Part shown: positions 22,525 through 32,738 of the stretch, in pieces
Position numbering within the stretch: position 1 is the first letter of the stretch
Layout: the number at the start of each line of letters is the position of its first letter
Assembly: GCA_963798485.1 (NCBI GenBank)
Contig: CAWCTR010000007.1
Location: forward strand, 64,001 to 128,000
Reading direction: 5' to 3'
Length of the DNA stretch: 64,000 nt
From: an uncultured delta proteobacterium
Lineage (GTDB): Bacteria; Desulfobacterota; Desulfomonilia; UBA1062
Notes under the pieces: generated by a model
What the model saw: only the letters and a program-made list of their open reading frames with translations
Told to the model about the DNA's origin: nothing
Databases searched by the model: none
Translations under genes and position numbers: made by a program

Positions 22525-25500
22525 TCAGTCCTTAGTCCGCACTGACCGGCTCGGTTCTCGTAGCCGCGCCAGCAGTTCGCGCGGCTTCAAGCGCTGCGCC
22601 AGCTTGTCGAAGTAGAGATAGACGACCGGCGTGGTAAAGAGCGTGAGCATCTGCGACAAGATCAGGCCGCCGACAATGGTGACGCCCAGCGGCATGCGCA
22701 GCTCGGCGCCCACGCCGCCGCCCAGGGCCAGCGGCAGACCGCCCAGCAGCGCGGCCATGGTGGTCATAATGATCGGCCGGAAGCGCAGCAGGCAGGCCTG
22801 GAAGATCGCGGCCTTCGGCGGTCTTGCCCTCATCGCGCTCGGCCTGCAGCGCAAAGTCGATCATCATGATGGCGTTCTTCTGCACGATGCCGATCAGCAG
22901 AATCATGCCGATCAGCGCAATCACGCTGAAGTCCACGCGCGTGATCAGCAGCGCAAGCAGCGCGCCCACGCCCGCCGACGGCAGCGTGGAAATGATCGTG
23001 ATCGGGTGAATGTAGCTCTCGTAGAGCACGCCCAGCACGATGTAGACGGTGATGAGCGCCGCCAGAATCAGGATCGGTTCGTTGGCCAGCGAAGTCTGGA
23101 AGGCGGCTGCCGTTCCCTGGAAGCTGGCGTTGATGCTGGCCGGCATCTGGATCCGCTGCTCGGCTGCTTTGCACGGCGTTACAGCGTCGCCCAGCGACTT
23201 GCCCGGCGCCAGGTTGAAGCTGACGATGGTTGACGGGAACTGGCCCTGGTGGCCGATCGACAGTTCGGCATGGCCCTGTTCCCAGTGCGCCAACATGGCT
23301 TAGCGGAACCTGCGTGCCGTTGCGCCGACTTGACGTAGAGAGTGTTCAGCGTCGCCGGATCGGTCTGGAAGTTCGCCCCCACTTCCATCACCACGTGGTA
23401 CTGGTTCAGCTGGGTAAAGATGGTCGACACCTGGCGCTGGCCAAACGCGTCGTACAGCGTGTTGTCCACGTCGGCCATGGCAATGCCAAGCCGGGCCGCG
23501 GTGTCGCGATCGATCACAAGCTGCGGCACTCAGCCCCTGGTCCTGCAGATCGCTGGCAACATCGGTCACCACGTTTTCTTTGCTCAGCTCGGTCACCATC
23601 TTGCGGGTGTACGTCGCCAGTTCGTTCTGGTCCGGATCTTCGAGGGCGTATTGGAATTCAGTGCGGCTGACGCGATCTTCCACCGTCAGATCCTGAAGCG
23701 GCTGCAGAAAAAGCTGGATGCCCTCAACTGCATTCACCTTGCTCTGCATGCGCTGAATCACTTCCGTCGCGGAGACCTTGCGCACATCCAGCGGCTTCAG
23801 CGTGATCTGGATGCGTCCCGAGTTCAGCGTGGTGTTGGTGCCGTCCACGCCGATGAACGACGAGACGTTGTCCACGGCCGGATCCTGCAGAACCACGTCG
23901 ACAAGCTTCTGCTGGCGCTGCGCCATGCTGGTAAAGCTCACCGTCTGCGGCGCTTCGGAGATGCCAAGAATCACGCCCGTATCCTGCACCGGGAAGAAGC
24001 CCTTGGGAATCACGATGAACAGAAGTACCGTGGCCACAAAGGTTGAAATCGTCACAATCAGCGTGGCAAAGCGATGGCGCAGAATCACCTGTCAGCGCGC
24101 GCCCATAGGAGGCGATGATCGGCGTTGAAGACCTTCTCTGACCAATGGTAGAAGCGGGTCTGCTTGGCTGTCGCCTTGTCCTGCAGAATGCGCGAGCACA
24201 TCATCGGCGTAAGCGTCAGCGAGACCACCGCCGAAACCAGAATCGTGACCGCCAGCGTGATGGCGAACTCGCGGAACAGCCGCCCCACCACGTCGCTCAT
24301 GAACAGCAGCGGAATGAGCACCGCGATCAGCGAAACGGTCAGCGACATGATGGTGAAGCCGATCTGTTCGCTGCCCTTGAGCGCCGCCTGCATCGGGCTC
24401 ATGCCCTCTTCAATGAAGCGCGAGATGTTCTCGATCATCACGATGGCGTCGTCCACCACAAAGCCGGTGGAGATGGTGAGCGCCATCAGCGTCAGGTTGT
24501 TCAGCGAGTAGCCCAGCAGGTACATCACGCCGAAGGTGCCCACGATCGACAGCGGCACCGCGACCGAAGGAATGATGGTGGCCGCAAGGTTGCGCAGGAA
24601 AAGGAAGATGACCATCACCACCAGGGCGATGGTGAGCATCAGCTCAAATTCCACGTCCCTGACCGAAGCGCGGATGGTCGTGGTGCGGTCGGTAAGCACC
24701 TTCACCTGGACCGAGGCCGGCAGGCTGGCCTGCAACTGCGGCAGCAGCGTGTGGATGCGGTCGACAACGGCAATGATGTTGGCGCCCGGCTGCCGCTGGA
24801 TATTCACGATGACCGCGGGCGTGCGGTCCATCCAGGCGGCCTGCTGGTTGTTCTCAGCGGCATCCACAATCGTCGCCACATCGGAGGCGCGCACCGGGGC
24901 CCCGTTGCGATAGGCAATCACCACCGGCTTGTAATCGGAGCTCGAAAGCAACTGATCGTTCGCGCCGATCGTGTACGACTGGCGGCTGCCGTTCAGTGTT
25001 CCCTTGGCCTGGTCCACATTGGCCGCCGCAATCGCCGTGCGCAGATCCTCAAGGCTCAGGTTGTAGGCCGCCAATTGCGCCGGATTGGCCTGGATGCGCA
25101 CCGACGGCTTTTGCCCGCCCGCAATTGACACCAGCCCAACGCCCGTCACCTGCGAGATCTTCTGCGCCAGGTTGGTGTCGGCCGCGTCTTCAATCTTGTC
25201 CAGCGGCAACGAATCGGAGGTCAGCGCCAGCGTCATGATCGGCGCGTCGGCCGGGTTCACCTTGCTGTAAATGGGTGGATTGGGCAGATCGGATGGCAGA
25301 AAGCTGTTGCCGGCATTGATGGCCGCCTGCACCTCCTGCTCGGCAACATCGATGTTCTCGTCCAGGTTGAATTCGAGCGTAATCACCGAGCCGCCGCCGG
25401 AACTGACTGAAGTCATCTGCTTCAGGCCCGGCATCTGGCCAAACTGCCGCTCCAGCGGCGCCGTCACCGACGAGGACATCACCTCCGGCCCGGCGCCCGG

Positions 25501-25659
25501 ATAGAACGTCAGCACCTGGATGATCGGGTAATCCACCTCAGGCAGAGCGGAAACCGGCAACTGCTCATAGGCGACGCCGCCCGCAAGCAGAATCGCCGCC
25601 ATCAGCAGCGAGGTCGCTACCGGGCGCAGAATAAAGGGCCGGGAAGGACTAAGGCTCAC
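22525..25659 (-). CDS. mdtB: RND efflux permease (MdtB-like), several frameshifts
   Basis: [43 protein letters not shown]; GTG start overlaps the upstream TGA. Confidence 0.87.
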
Positions 25660-27011
25660 TGCTGCTCCTTGTGTTTGATGTTTCCCTGCCGCCTGTCCGT
25701 TCGCACTGCGCCTGCATTGCTCGCACCCTGACCTTGCCCCTGTCCTGAACTGCGTGCCCGGCGCCCTGGCCTGCCGCCCGCCCGCTGCCGGCTCTGGCTC
25801 ACCGTCACCTGGCGCTCCCTGCCGCAGCCGGTCGGCGCCGTCCACAACCACCTTCTCGCCCGCCGTAACCCCGCTATCCAGAATGGTCACCTGTCCCTGG
25901 GCAAGGGCAACCTTCACCGGCTGCATCTGTGCGGTCGTGGCTCCCTTGGCGTCGGTATTCACCGTCCACACAAACGATCCCTGCAGCCCGTTCTGGATCG
26001 CCGCCGACGGAACCACCAGCGCATTGGGCCGGTCTTCCATCACCAGGTGGATATTCACAAACTGGTTCGGAAACAGCGCCTCGTTCTCGTTGTTGAACAC
26101 CGCTTTCAGCTTGGCGGTGCCGGTCGTCGTGTCGATCTCGTTGTCGGCGGTCAGCAGTTGACCGGTCGCCAGCTTCTGCACATCGCCCTGGTCGTAGGCA
26201 TCCACGGGCATGCGCTTGTCAGCCTTCAGCTTGGCAAGCACCTGCGGCAGCTGATTCTCCGGCAGCGTAAAGTACACCGCGATCGGCCGGAACTGGTTGA
26301 TGATCACAAGGTTAGTCGTGTTCGCCGTGATAATGTTGCCGGGGTCCACCAGCCGCAATCCAATGCGTCCGTTGATGGGCGACTGAATGTAGCACCAGTT
26401 CAATTGCAACTGGGCATTCTCGATCGCCGCCTTGTCTGACTCGATGGCGCCCTGGTACTGGCCCTGCTGGGCCTCGTCGGCATCCATCGTCTCCTTTGAC
26501 ACCACGCCCGCCGCGTAAAGCGCCTTGTAACGGGCATACTCGGCCTGCGCGTTTTTCAGCAGCGCCTCATCGTGGGCCAGCGTGCCTTTGGCCTGGTCCA
26601 GGGCCGCCTGGTAGGGCCTCGGGTCGATCACCATGATGGTCTGGCCCTGCTTCACCTCCTGGCCCTCGGTAAACTTCACGGGCAGCAACTGGCCGCTCAC
26701 CCGCGCCTTCACCGTTACGCTCATGTAGGGCATCACTGTGCCCAGGGCAGTCAGGTAAATGGGCATCGGCTGCTGCGCCACCGGAACCACCTGCACCGGA
26801 ACCGGCCGGTTCATCAGCGCCGCCGCCTGGCTGGTGCTGGCCGCTTCGGCGGCCTGCTGATTCTGGTAGATCCGCCACCCGACGAACGCACAATGCCCCG
26901 ATGACAACGCGTAAATAATCACGCGGATCCAGATTCTTTTTCGGCGAGCGCGGCTCCGCGTGAATTGTCGATTTCGGACTGCTGGGACTCCTGAGTGCCT
27001 TCAATGGACAT
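25656..27011 (-). CDS. mdtA: RND periplasmic adaptor (MdtA-like), frameshifts near both ends; start uncertain
   Basis: [60 protein letters not shown]. Confidence 0.87.
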
Positions 27012-27421
27012 GATGTCGTTTCCTGTCGTTTTCCTTTGATTCATGCCCGGAACGGAGGGCGCAAATGCGGACAGGACCCGAAAAAGTCAGACAGTCCGCG
27101 TACGTTTGTAGGGACGAAATAATTTGATCAAAGGTTTCGCCCGCTCCGCAGCCGTGAATGAGCGGCATTTCCTCAAATTCGTATGATCCTGTCACTTCCC
27201 CGAATCAGGACGCGACAATTGTAAGCGAACGAGGTAATCCCGGCACAATGCCGCCCCGGGCGGGGTCGCATTTTGACCATCATGAATTGGATGCTGTTAA
27301 ACTCCTCCGCGTTAGTTCCGGCTGAACCTCAGGTCCAGGGAATACCGCGCCTTGAAACGCTTCGATCACTCCACCGAACAACAATCTGACTGCATCATCG
27401 CCAGAAAGGCAGCGTAAAGCA

Positions 27422-27664
27422 ATGAAAGTGCTCATCTTCGGGGCAAGCGGCATGGTCGGCCAAGGGGTTCTTCGCGAGTGTCTGCTTAGCCCCGACGTTG
27501 AGTTGGTGGCCACCATTGGTCGGACCCCGGCCCCCAGTCCACTGCCCGGGTCGCAGCCAGCCGCCTGGCGCCAGATCCACCATTCCAATCTGAGCGATCT
27601 CACCGGCCTCCGGGCCGAACTTACAGGCTTCGATGCCTGCTTCTTTACGCTTGGCGTCTCGTCA
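27422..27664 (+). CDS. N-terminal fragment of an NAD(P)-binding epimerase-like protein, cut at the junction
   Basis: IFGASGMVGQGVLRECL ... GFDACFFTLGVSS; similarity and GC-rich codon use stop abruptly. Confidence 0.8.
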
Positions 27665-28735
27665 ATTGAAACTGACTATCAAACCCGTAATAAACTCCAA
27701 TGGAAGGACGTACAGAAAAAGCTATTCCCATCCGGGACTCCAACAAGGGCGATATGGGAACAGAGAGACATAATTATCGATATTATGCAGCAACTTTCAG
27801 AGACCGATGACCTGAACCATATGTTTCTCCCAACAGGCGGTGGCATGAATTTGCTCGGTGCCAGATGCTCCTACGAAGAAGGCTGTATAGAATTGGATGT
27901 CGGGATGGCAATAATATTGAAACCCAAACGACTTGTTTTTGAATCATTCAATTTTGAGGAAGAATGGAACTACTTTCGACTTGAAACGAGCAGGCTTTCT
28001 CCGAGTGGCTATTATGATGAAGTTACAATTAGGGAAGCATTAACAGAACTGGAACCATTGATCTACACAGATTTCATGTGCTTTGAATTCAATGATTATA
28101 ATGGGCAAGACCTGCCACGAGGAGCCAGACAAATTGATCGAATGCTGGCCGAGGTAAGTTTTGTTATATTTCAAAATTCATCCATGTACAGTAATATTGC
28201 GGCGACATATGATGCTCGGCACAATAAAATGACTACGGATGAATTCAGGACCTACATCGGGAACACAGTGAGACATATCTCCGGCACCATGAATAACATT
28301 CCAGAACAAAGCGAGGCCATAACATTATGTAGACCGTCCTCTTTTAAGTTGAAGCAGAGACTCCTGACAAGCAAAGAGATAGTGTTATTAAGAGACGTAG
28401 CCTCATTGGCAAGGGAACGTAAAGTCGAGGAATTGGAGTTACTTGAAAAATCTGGCATGGGTACCTTTATTGACTTGCTTAATACCGACTTTTTTTCTGC
28501 GCCCCGTCCAAAATCCGATCGCTTGAAAGACTACCTGAGAAACCTTCCCCAAGAACAAATCGTGTTGATAGCCGCTGTCATGTATGGCGGTCGGGAAGGC
28601 ACTCCTCCTCTATGGGGAACACCACTGGACGAGTTAATTATGGACCTTCAGAATCGACCTAATCTCATACTGTCAATTTGCGAAAAACTGCCTCTGGCAG
28701 ACTACATAGAGAGAGGAATCACAATCTATACGTGA
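27665..28735 (+). CDS. C-terminal part of an AT-rich accessory protein; resembles the C-terminal region of a bacterial Ser/Thr kinase family, with a DUF3775-like tail
   Basis: NHMFLPTGGG, GCIEL, WNYFRLE, TYDARHNKM..EFR.YI; tail IAAVMYGGR...LADYIERG; assignment from memory. Confidence 0.5.
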   Translation: METDYQTRNKLQWKDVQKKLFPSGTPTRAIWEQRDIIIDIMQQLSETDDLNHMFLPTGGGMNLLGARCSYEEGCIELDVGMAIILKPKRLVFESFNFEEEWNYFRLETSRLSPSGYYDEVTIREALTELEPLIYTDFMCFEFNDYNGQDLPRGARQIDRMLAEVSFVIFQNSSMYSNIAATYDARHNKMTTDEFRTYIGNTVRHISGTMNNIPEQSEAITLCRPSSFKLKQRLLTSKEIVLLRDVASLARERKVEELELLEKSGMGTFIDLLNTDFFSAPRPKSDRLKDYLRNLPQEQIVLIAAVMYGGREGTPPLWGTPLDELIMDLQNRPNLILSICEKLPLADYIERGITIYT

Positions 28736-28783
28736 ACGCATCTCCATGGCATCGACCGGACGGTTTACAGAAATAAAAAATTA

Positions 28784-28837
28784 GAAATAAAAGGGGACGT
28801 TTCGAAATAAAAGGCGAAAAAAGGGGACGTTTCTATT
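28784..28837 (+). repeat. Short direct repeats AAAAGGGGACGTTTC x2 with GAAATAAAAGG x2
   Basis: Copies at 28789-28803 and 28819-28833; related inverted copy at 61092-61111. Confidence 0.75.
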
Positions 28838-29062
28838 ATTGATTCTTAGTTTTAACCACCATCTAACCCCGATGATTGAAGGGATTTTCAGGAGAAACAA
28901 ATATATCGACAGCCCACCTTTACTTATGCAATTTGGCACTGATATGGATGTACCCGGATTATGCAGATTACTGATATGAGTGCCAGCTTGACTTATCATG
29001 ATCTGACAGTTAACACATAATAATCCTTTAAGAGTTATATCCACCCATGAAGGAGCCAGATT

Positions 29063-29647
29063 ATGCGACATCCTGTATACGCACACCCTATGATCATTCT
29101 CATGTGCCTTTTCCTGGTACTCGGGTGCTCGAAGAAAGAAGAGCCCATCCAGACACCGGCGCCGCCACAGCAGGCTGTTACTACGCCCAAGGATGCTGCC
29201 CAAAAATCCCAACTCGACAAGGCCATGTTGATCCATAAGGATTTTGTTAAGGCCTTTTCCGAAACACTGGGCAAAGAAGACACATCGGACACGCTCCGAT
29301 CCAGGATAGACCTGGTCGACAAGACCCGCATTGCCTGCATGATGCTCAGGGCGGATATTCATGACCCGGTGGCTGCGGACTTTCTCATCAGATTCTCAGA
29401 CGGCCTCCAGAAATATCTGGATCTCGCGAATAAGCACCTTGCCACCCTTGAAGAGGCAGCCGGCCAATATGCTTCCGGCAAGGAATCCGAAGCAAACCTG
29501 TCCAAGGTACCCGAGAAAGAGAAGGAAGAGGCCACAGCGAGGCTCAATTCTCTCATAACGAAGCATAACGAACTCGTGCAGGGTCCTTTGAAGAAGGAAC
29601 AGGACGATCTCAACAGCCTGGGATATGAGCTGTTGAGATTCAAGTAG
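29063..29647 (+). CDS. Hypothetical lipoprotein
   Basis: AAGGAG site; lipobox VLGC; helical body. Confidence 0.8.
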   Translation: MRHPVYAHPMIILMCLFLVLGCSKKEEPIQTPAPPQQAVTTPKDAAQKSQLDKAMLIHKDFVKAFSETLGKEDTSDTLRSRIDLVDKTRIACMMLRADIHDPVAADFLIRFSDGLQKYLDLANKHLATLEEAAGQYASGKESEANLSKVPEKEKEEATARLNSLITKHNELVQGPLKKEQDDLNSLGYELLRFK

Positions 29648-29656
29648 CGGATACTT

Positions 29657-29872
29657 TTATACGCTCTTCTTCTTGCCCAGCAAAAACCCGAACGCCAGCC
29701 CGATGAGGAAGGTGCCCGAGACCACGATCCACTTGGGTGCGGTGAAAAGCGTCCAGATGAGGAACTGGAAGGAGGTCTGCTCGAAGTTCTGGAGGATGAA
29801 GATAAAGCCTAACACTACGCCAATGCCGATAAAGATGAGCTTGGAATTTTCCCCGAGAGCCTTCAAACCCAT
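29657..29872 (-). CDS. LapA/DUF1049-like small membrane protein
   Basis: IFILQN....FQFLIW...P pattern with two TM helices. Confidence 0.75.
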   Translation of the reverse strand: MGLKALGENSKLIFIGIGVVLGFIFILQNFEQTSFQFLIWTLFTAPKWIVVSGTFLIGLAFGFLLGKKKSV

Positions 29873-29964
29873 TCAATCACCCCACAAAGAATACGACTTT
29901 GGGAAATATGGCACGCTCAGAGGCGATGTGTCAACATTCATGTAGAGGTATGAAAGATTACCTC

Positions 29965-30034
29965 TTGACAAGCAACGGTTGTTGAATATATAAAGTAACA
30001 ATCCGACCAGTCGGTTTATAGACCACTTGGTCGG
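29965..30034 (+). promoter_or_regulatory. Sigma70 promoter plus palindromic operator(s) upstream of the TetR gene
   Basis: TTGACA (29965-70), TATAAA (29989-94); CCGAC-ca-GTCGG (30003-14) and GACCA-ct-TGGTC (30021-32). Confidence 0.7.
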
Positions 30035-30162
30035 TACTAGGTTGATTGTCATACTGAGCTAAGTCTTTTGCATCACGAAATCCATCCATACGGATGATGC
30101 CGCATCCGCTCTGAAAGAACACCGGGCTTAACCCCTAAATGAACCTTTCGGGAGGTTTATAG

Positions 30163-30819
30163 ATGCCGCCGAATGCGGAGCTCGAAGCGATTCGTAAGGC
30201 CCAGATCATCGATGCCGCCTTGCAGACCATTACCGCAAGAGGGTGTGCAAATGTCACCATGGACGACATCTGCAAGACAGCCGGCCTTTCCAAGGGAGGT
30301 CTCGCCCACTATTACAAATCCAAAAACGACCTCTTCAAGGCCGCGTTCCAGGAATTCTTCCAACGCATCTTCGTTAGGGGCGATGAAACCATGTCTACCT
30401 TCGATGACCCCCTGGCGCAGGTCCTTTCCTTTGAATGGCTCTACAATGCCGAAGACCCTGATGTCGATACCGGATATCCCATCCTTTATGACTTCATGTC
30501 CATTGCCGTACACGACCAGGAATACCGGGAGATCTTCAGCGACTGGATCAACAACTGGGTCAAGCTCCTGAAAAAGGCCATCCTCCAGGGCCAGGCCCAG
30601 GGACGGTATATGAATGTGGATGCCGAGTCTGCAGCACGCACCATATCGGCCATCTACCAGGGGATAGCCACCCGCTGGTACCTTGCCCGCGGTGAGCATC
30701 CCACCACATGGGCCGTCGATAGTCTCAGGAGGTCCGTCAAAGGACTCCTGGATTCATATGAAGGCCCAATCACACAGGAAAGGAGGAAGGCAAAGACAAT
30801 AAAAAAATTGCGGAAATAA
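30163..30819 (+). CDS. TetR/AcrR family regulator
   Basis: IIDAA..G...VTMDDICKTAGLSKGGLAHYYKSK HTH; GGGAGG site. Confidence 0.93.
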   Translation: MPPNAELEAIRKAQIIDAALQTITARGCANVTMDDICKTAGLSKGGLAHYYKSKNDLFKAAFQEFFQRIFVRGDETMSTFDDPLAQVLSFEWLYNAEDPDVDTGYPILYDFMSIAVHDQEYREIFSDWINNWVKLLKKAILQGQAQGRYMNVDAESAARTISAIYQGIATRWYLARGEHPTTWAVDSLRRSVKGLLDSYEGPITQERRKAKTIKKLRK

Positions 30820-30937
30820 CAAGAGTGGAATGCACAATGCCATCTGATTGGTTTTGTGAGCTTGTACTCACGACTTTAACTACATTGGATTTTGGCGATT
30901 TTTTGCCCCACCCATATACGACAAAAAGGAGGATTCT

Positions 30938-31336
30938 ATGGCAGTATTTGAAAGCACGGACAAGATGTATGAGGTTCTGGGCGGTCTCTTCAATCTCCTC
31001 ATGGAAGATAAGGCCCTTTATGACAAGTACATTGAATCGAACATCGTCATCAAGTTCACTATCAGCGACCCTGAAGGCTCCATCTGGCTCACCAACGACG
31101 GCAAGGTCATCTGCGGACCGGCAGAGTACAAGCCCACCATTGAGATGACGCTCAGCGGGGATACCTGCCACAAGTTCTGGCTCAAGGAAGTAAGCCTGCC
31201 TGTGGCGCTCGCCAAGGGGCTCATCAAGGCCAGGGGTCCCATGCCCAAGGTGCTCAAGCTCCTGCCCCTCTTAAAGCCTGCATACGCGAATTACCCGGCC
31301 ATTGCCAAGAAACACAATCTCCCCATTGCGGGCTGA
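30938..31336 (+). CDS. SCP2 sterol/lipid-binding domain protein
   Basis: 132 aa; TLSGD...FW.....PVALAKGLIKARG matches the SCP2 C-terminal pattern. Confidence 0.78.
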   Translation: MAVFESTDKMYEVLGGLFNLLMEDKALYDKYIESNIVIKFTISDPEGSIWLTNDGKVICGPAEYKPTIEMTLSGDTCHKFWLKEVSLPVALAKGLIKARGPMPKVLKLLPLLKPAYANYPAIAKKHNLPIAG

Positions 31337-31370
31337 TGCATGCCTTTGACTTTGAGAAGGAGGATACACT

Positions 31371-32048
31371 ATGAGCATTGAGAGAACCCTCAAACAATTC
31401 GAGGAGGACCGCAAGGATGCGGTGCACCTGGCAGCCAGGCTGCTCCTGGCATCGGCGGTTACCTCGCCGCGTGTAGGCGGCGTGGGCGAGTGCACGGTCC
31501 ATATCGTGGATGACGAGTGCGACATCGAGGATCTCTGCCAGGCCATCGAGGAAATCAGCAAAGAGAACAAGTCCTGGGAATTCTTCATGCGGGATGCAGC
31601 CATGCTCCGTGATGCCGATGCAGTGCTGGTGGTGACCTCTCTGCGGAGCCTCACCGACCCGTCCGATATCAATTGTAATCTGTGCGGGAAGCTCACCTGC
31701 GAGTATTTGCGCAAGGAGGACAAGCTCCCTGCCGAGCCCGGTATTGCCTTCACAGGGCCGCTGTGCACGTTCAGGGCCATGAACATCTCATACGCCATCG
31801 ACGGCATCGTGTCGCTGGCACGCAACTTAGGGATCGATTACGGGGTGTACTGGTCGGCAGGGGTTGCAGCCATGAGGATGGGAATCCTGCCCAAGGCCAC
31901 GGGGTTCGCACTGGCCGTGGCCATCTCGGTAACGGAGAAGAGCCCCTTCAGGGACATCCCCGTCAAGTACAGCGAGATCAACGAGCGGACCATGAACGAC
32001 CGAATCATCCGCAGGCTCTGGCCGCAGTTCAGGTCGATCTACAGTTAA
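31371..32048 (+). CDS. DUF2148-like four-Cys putative Fe-S protein, paralog A
   Basis: AVTSPR.GG, FFMRDA, NCNLCGKLTC, FTGPLC, S.TEKSPF. Confidence 0.75.
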   Translation: MSIERTLKQFEEDRKDAVHLAARLLLASAVTSPRVGGVGECTVHIVDDECDIEDLCQAIEEISKENKSWEFFMRDAAMLRDADAVLVVTSLRSLTDPSDINCNLCGKLTCEYLRKEDKLPAEPGIAFTGPLCTFRAMNISYAIDGIVSLARNLGIDYGVYWSAGVAAMRMGILPKATGFALAVAISVTEKSPFRDIPVKYSEINERTMNDRIIRRLWPQFRSIYS

Positions 32049-32064
32049 GGATCGGGAGGCATGT

Positions 32065-32718
32065 ATGGCTATTACAGAAATGGATGACATGTTACAAAGC
32101 GGTTTGGACAGGGCGGTCGAGATGATGGCCCTGGCGGCCCAGACGAGCTTCAGGTTCGGCAAGCGCAATACCATGAAGCTCATTAAAATAACCAATGAGG
32201 AGATCGAGCAGCTGGCGGAATACTGCTACGCCCTGGGCGACATGGCACCTCTGGCGGCACGCGACGGAAGGTTTGCAGCAGACTTAGTCAAGGAGCCTTC
32301 GGCCGTGCTACTTATCGGCGACAAGCGCCAGTCGCTGTTCAATTATAACTGCGGCGCATGCGGCTACCGCACCTGCGCAGAGCTGAACAAGGCAGAGATG
32401 GTGGAGTCCCTCACCAGTAACGGCCCGAGCTGCATCTTCCGCAACATCAACATCCACATGGCCGCGGACGCGGCTGCAGCCATGGCATGGAGGCTGGGCC
32501 TTCACTGCCGTGTATTCTCCACCCTGGCCTTTGCGGCCAAGGCCCTGGAGATTCTGCCGGATGTGGACATCATCGTAAGCATAGCCGTGAGCGCAGCTAA
32601 GGTCGACCCATTCTTCGACCGCCACAAGTTTTGGACCCAGGAGGTCTGGGACCAGACCTTCAGCAAGGAATTCCCGACCTTCACGAGGGGCTTCATCGGC
32701 GCCGTGGAAGACGATTGA
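32065..32718 (+). CDS. DUF2148-like four-Cys putative Fe-S protein, paralog B
   Basis: RDG, AVLLIG, NCGACGYRTC, GPSC, DPFFDR. Confidence 0.78.
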   Translation: MAITEMDDMLQSGLDRAVEMMALAAQTSFRFGKRNTMKLIKITNEEIEQLAEYCYALGDMAPLAARDGRFAADLVKEPSAVLLIGDKRQSLFNYNCGACGYRTCAELNKAEMVESLTSNGPSCIFRNINIHMAADAAAAMAWRLGLHCRVFSTLAFAAKALEILPDVDIIVSIAVSAAKVDPFFDRHKFWTQEVWDQTFSKEFPTFTRGFIGAVEDD

Positions 32719-32738
32719 CCGCCATCAGGAGGGACATC

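Noticed and set aside
24085-26922. Natural adaptor-permease fusion (945-aa ORF)
   Set aside because: The adaptor's own end and a GTGA stop/start overlap exist at 25656-25659; the fusion comes from an indel near 25.8 kb
27422-28735. Novel epimerase fusion protein
   Set aside because: The Rossmann fold is cut midway exactly where composition changes; treated as a junction artefact
28731-28770. Possible attC after the AT-rich gene (CGTGAAC also occurs at 60117)
   Set aside because: No paired L boxes or properly spaced R' site; a 7-bp match can be chance
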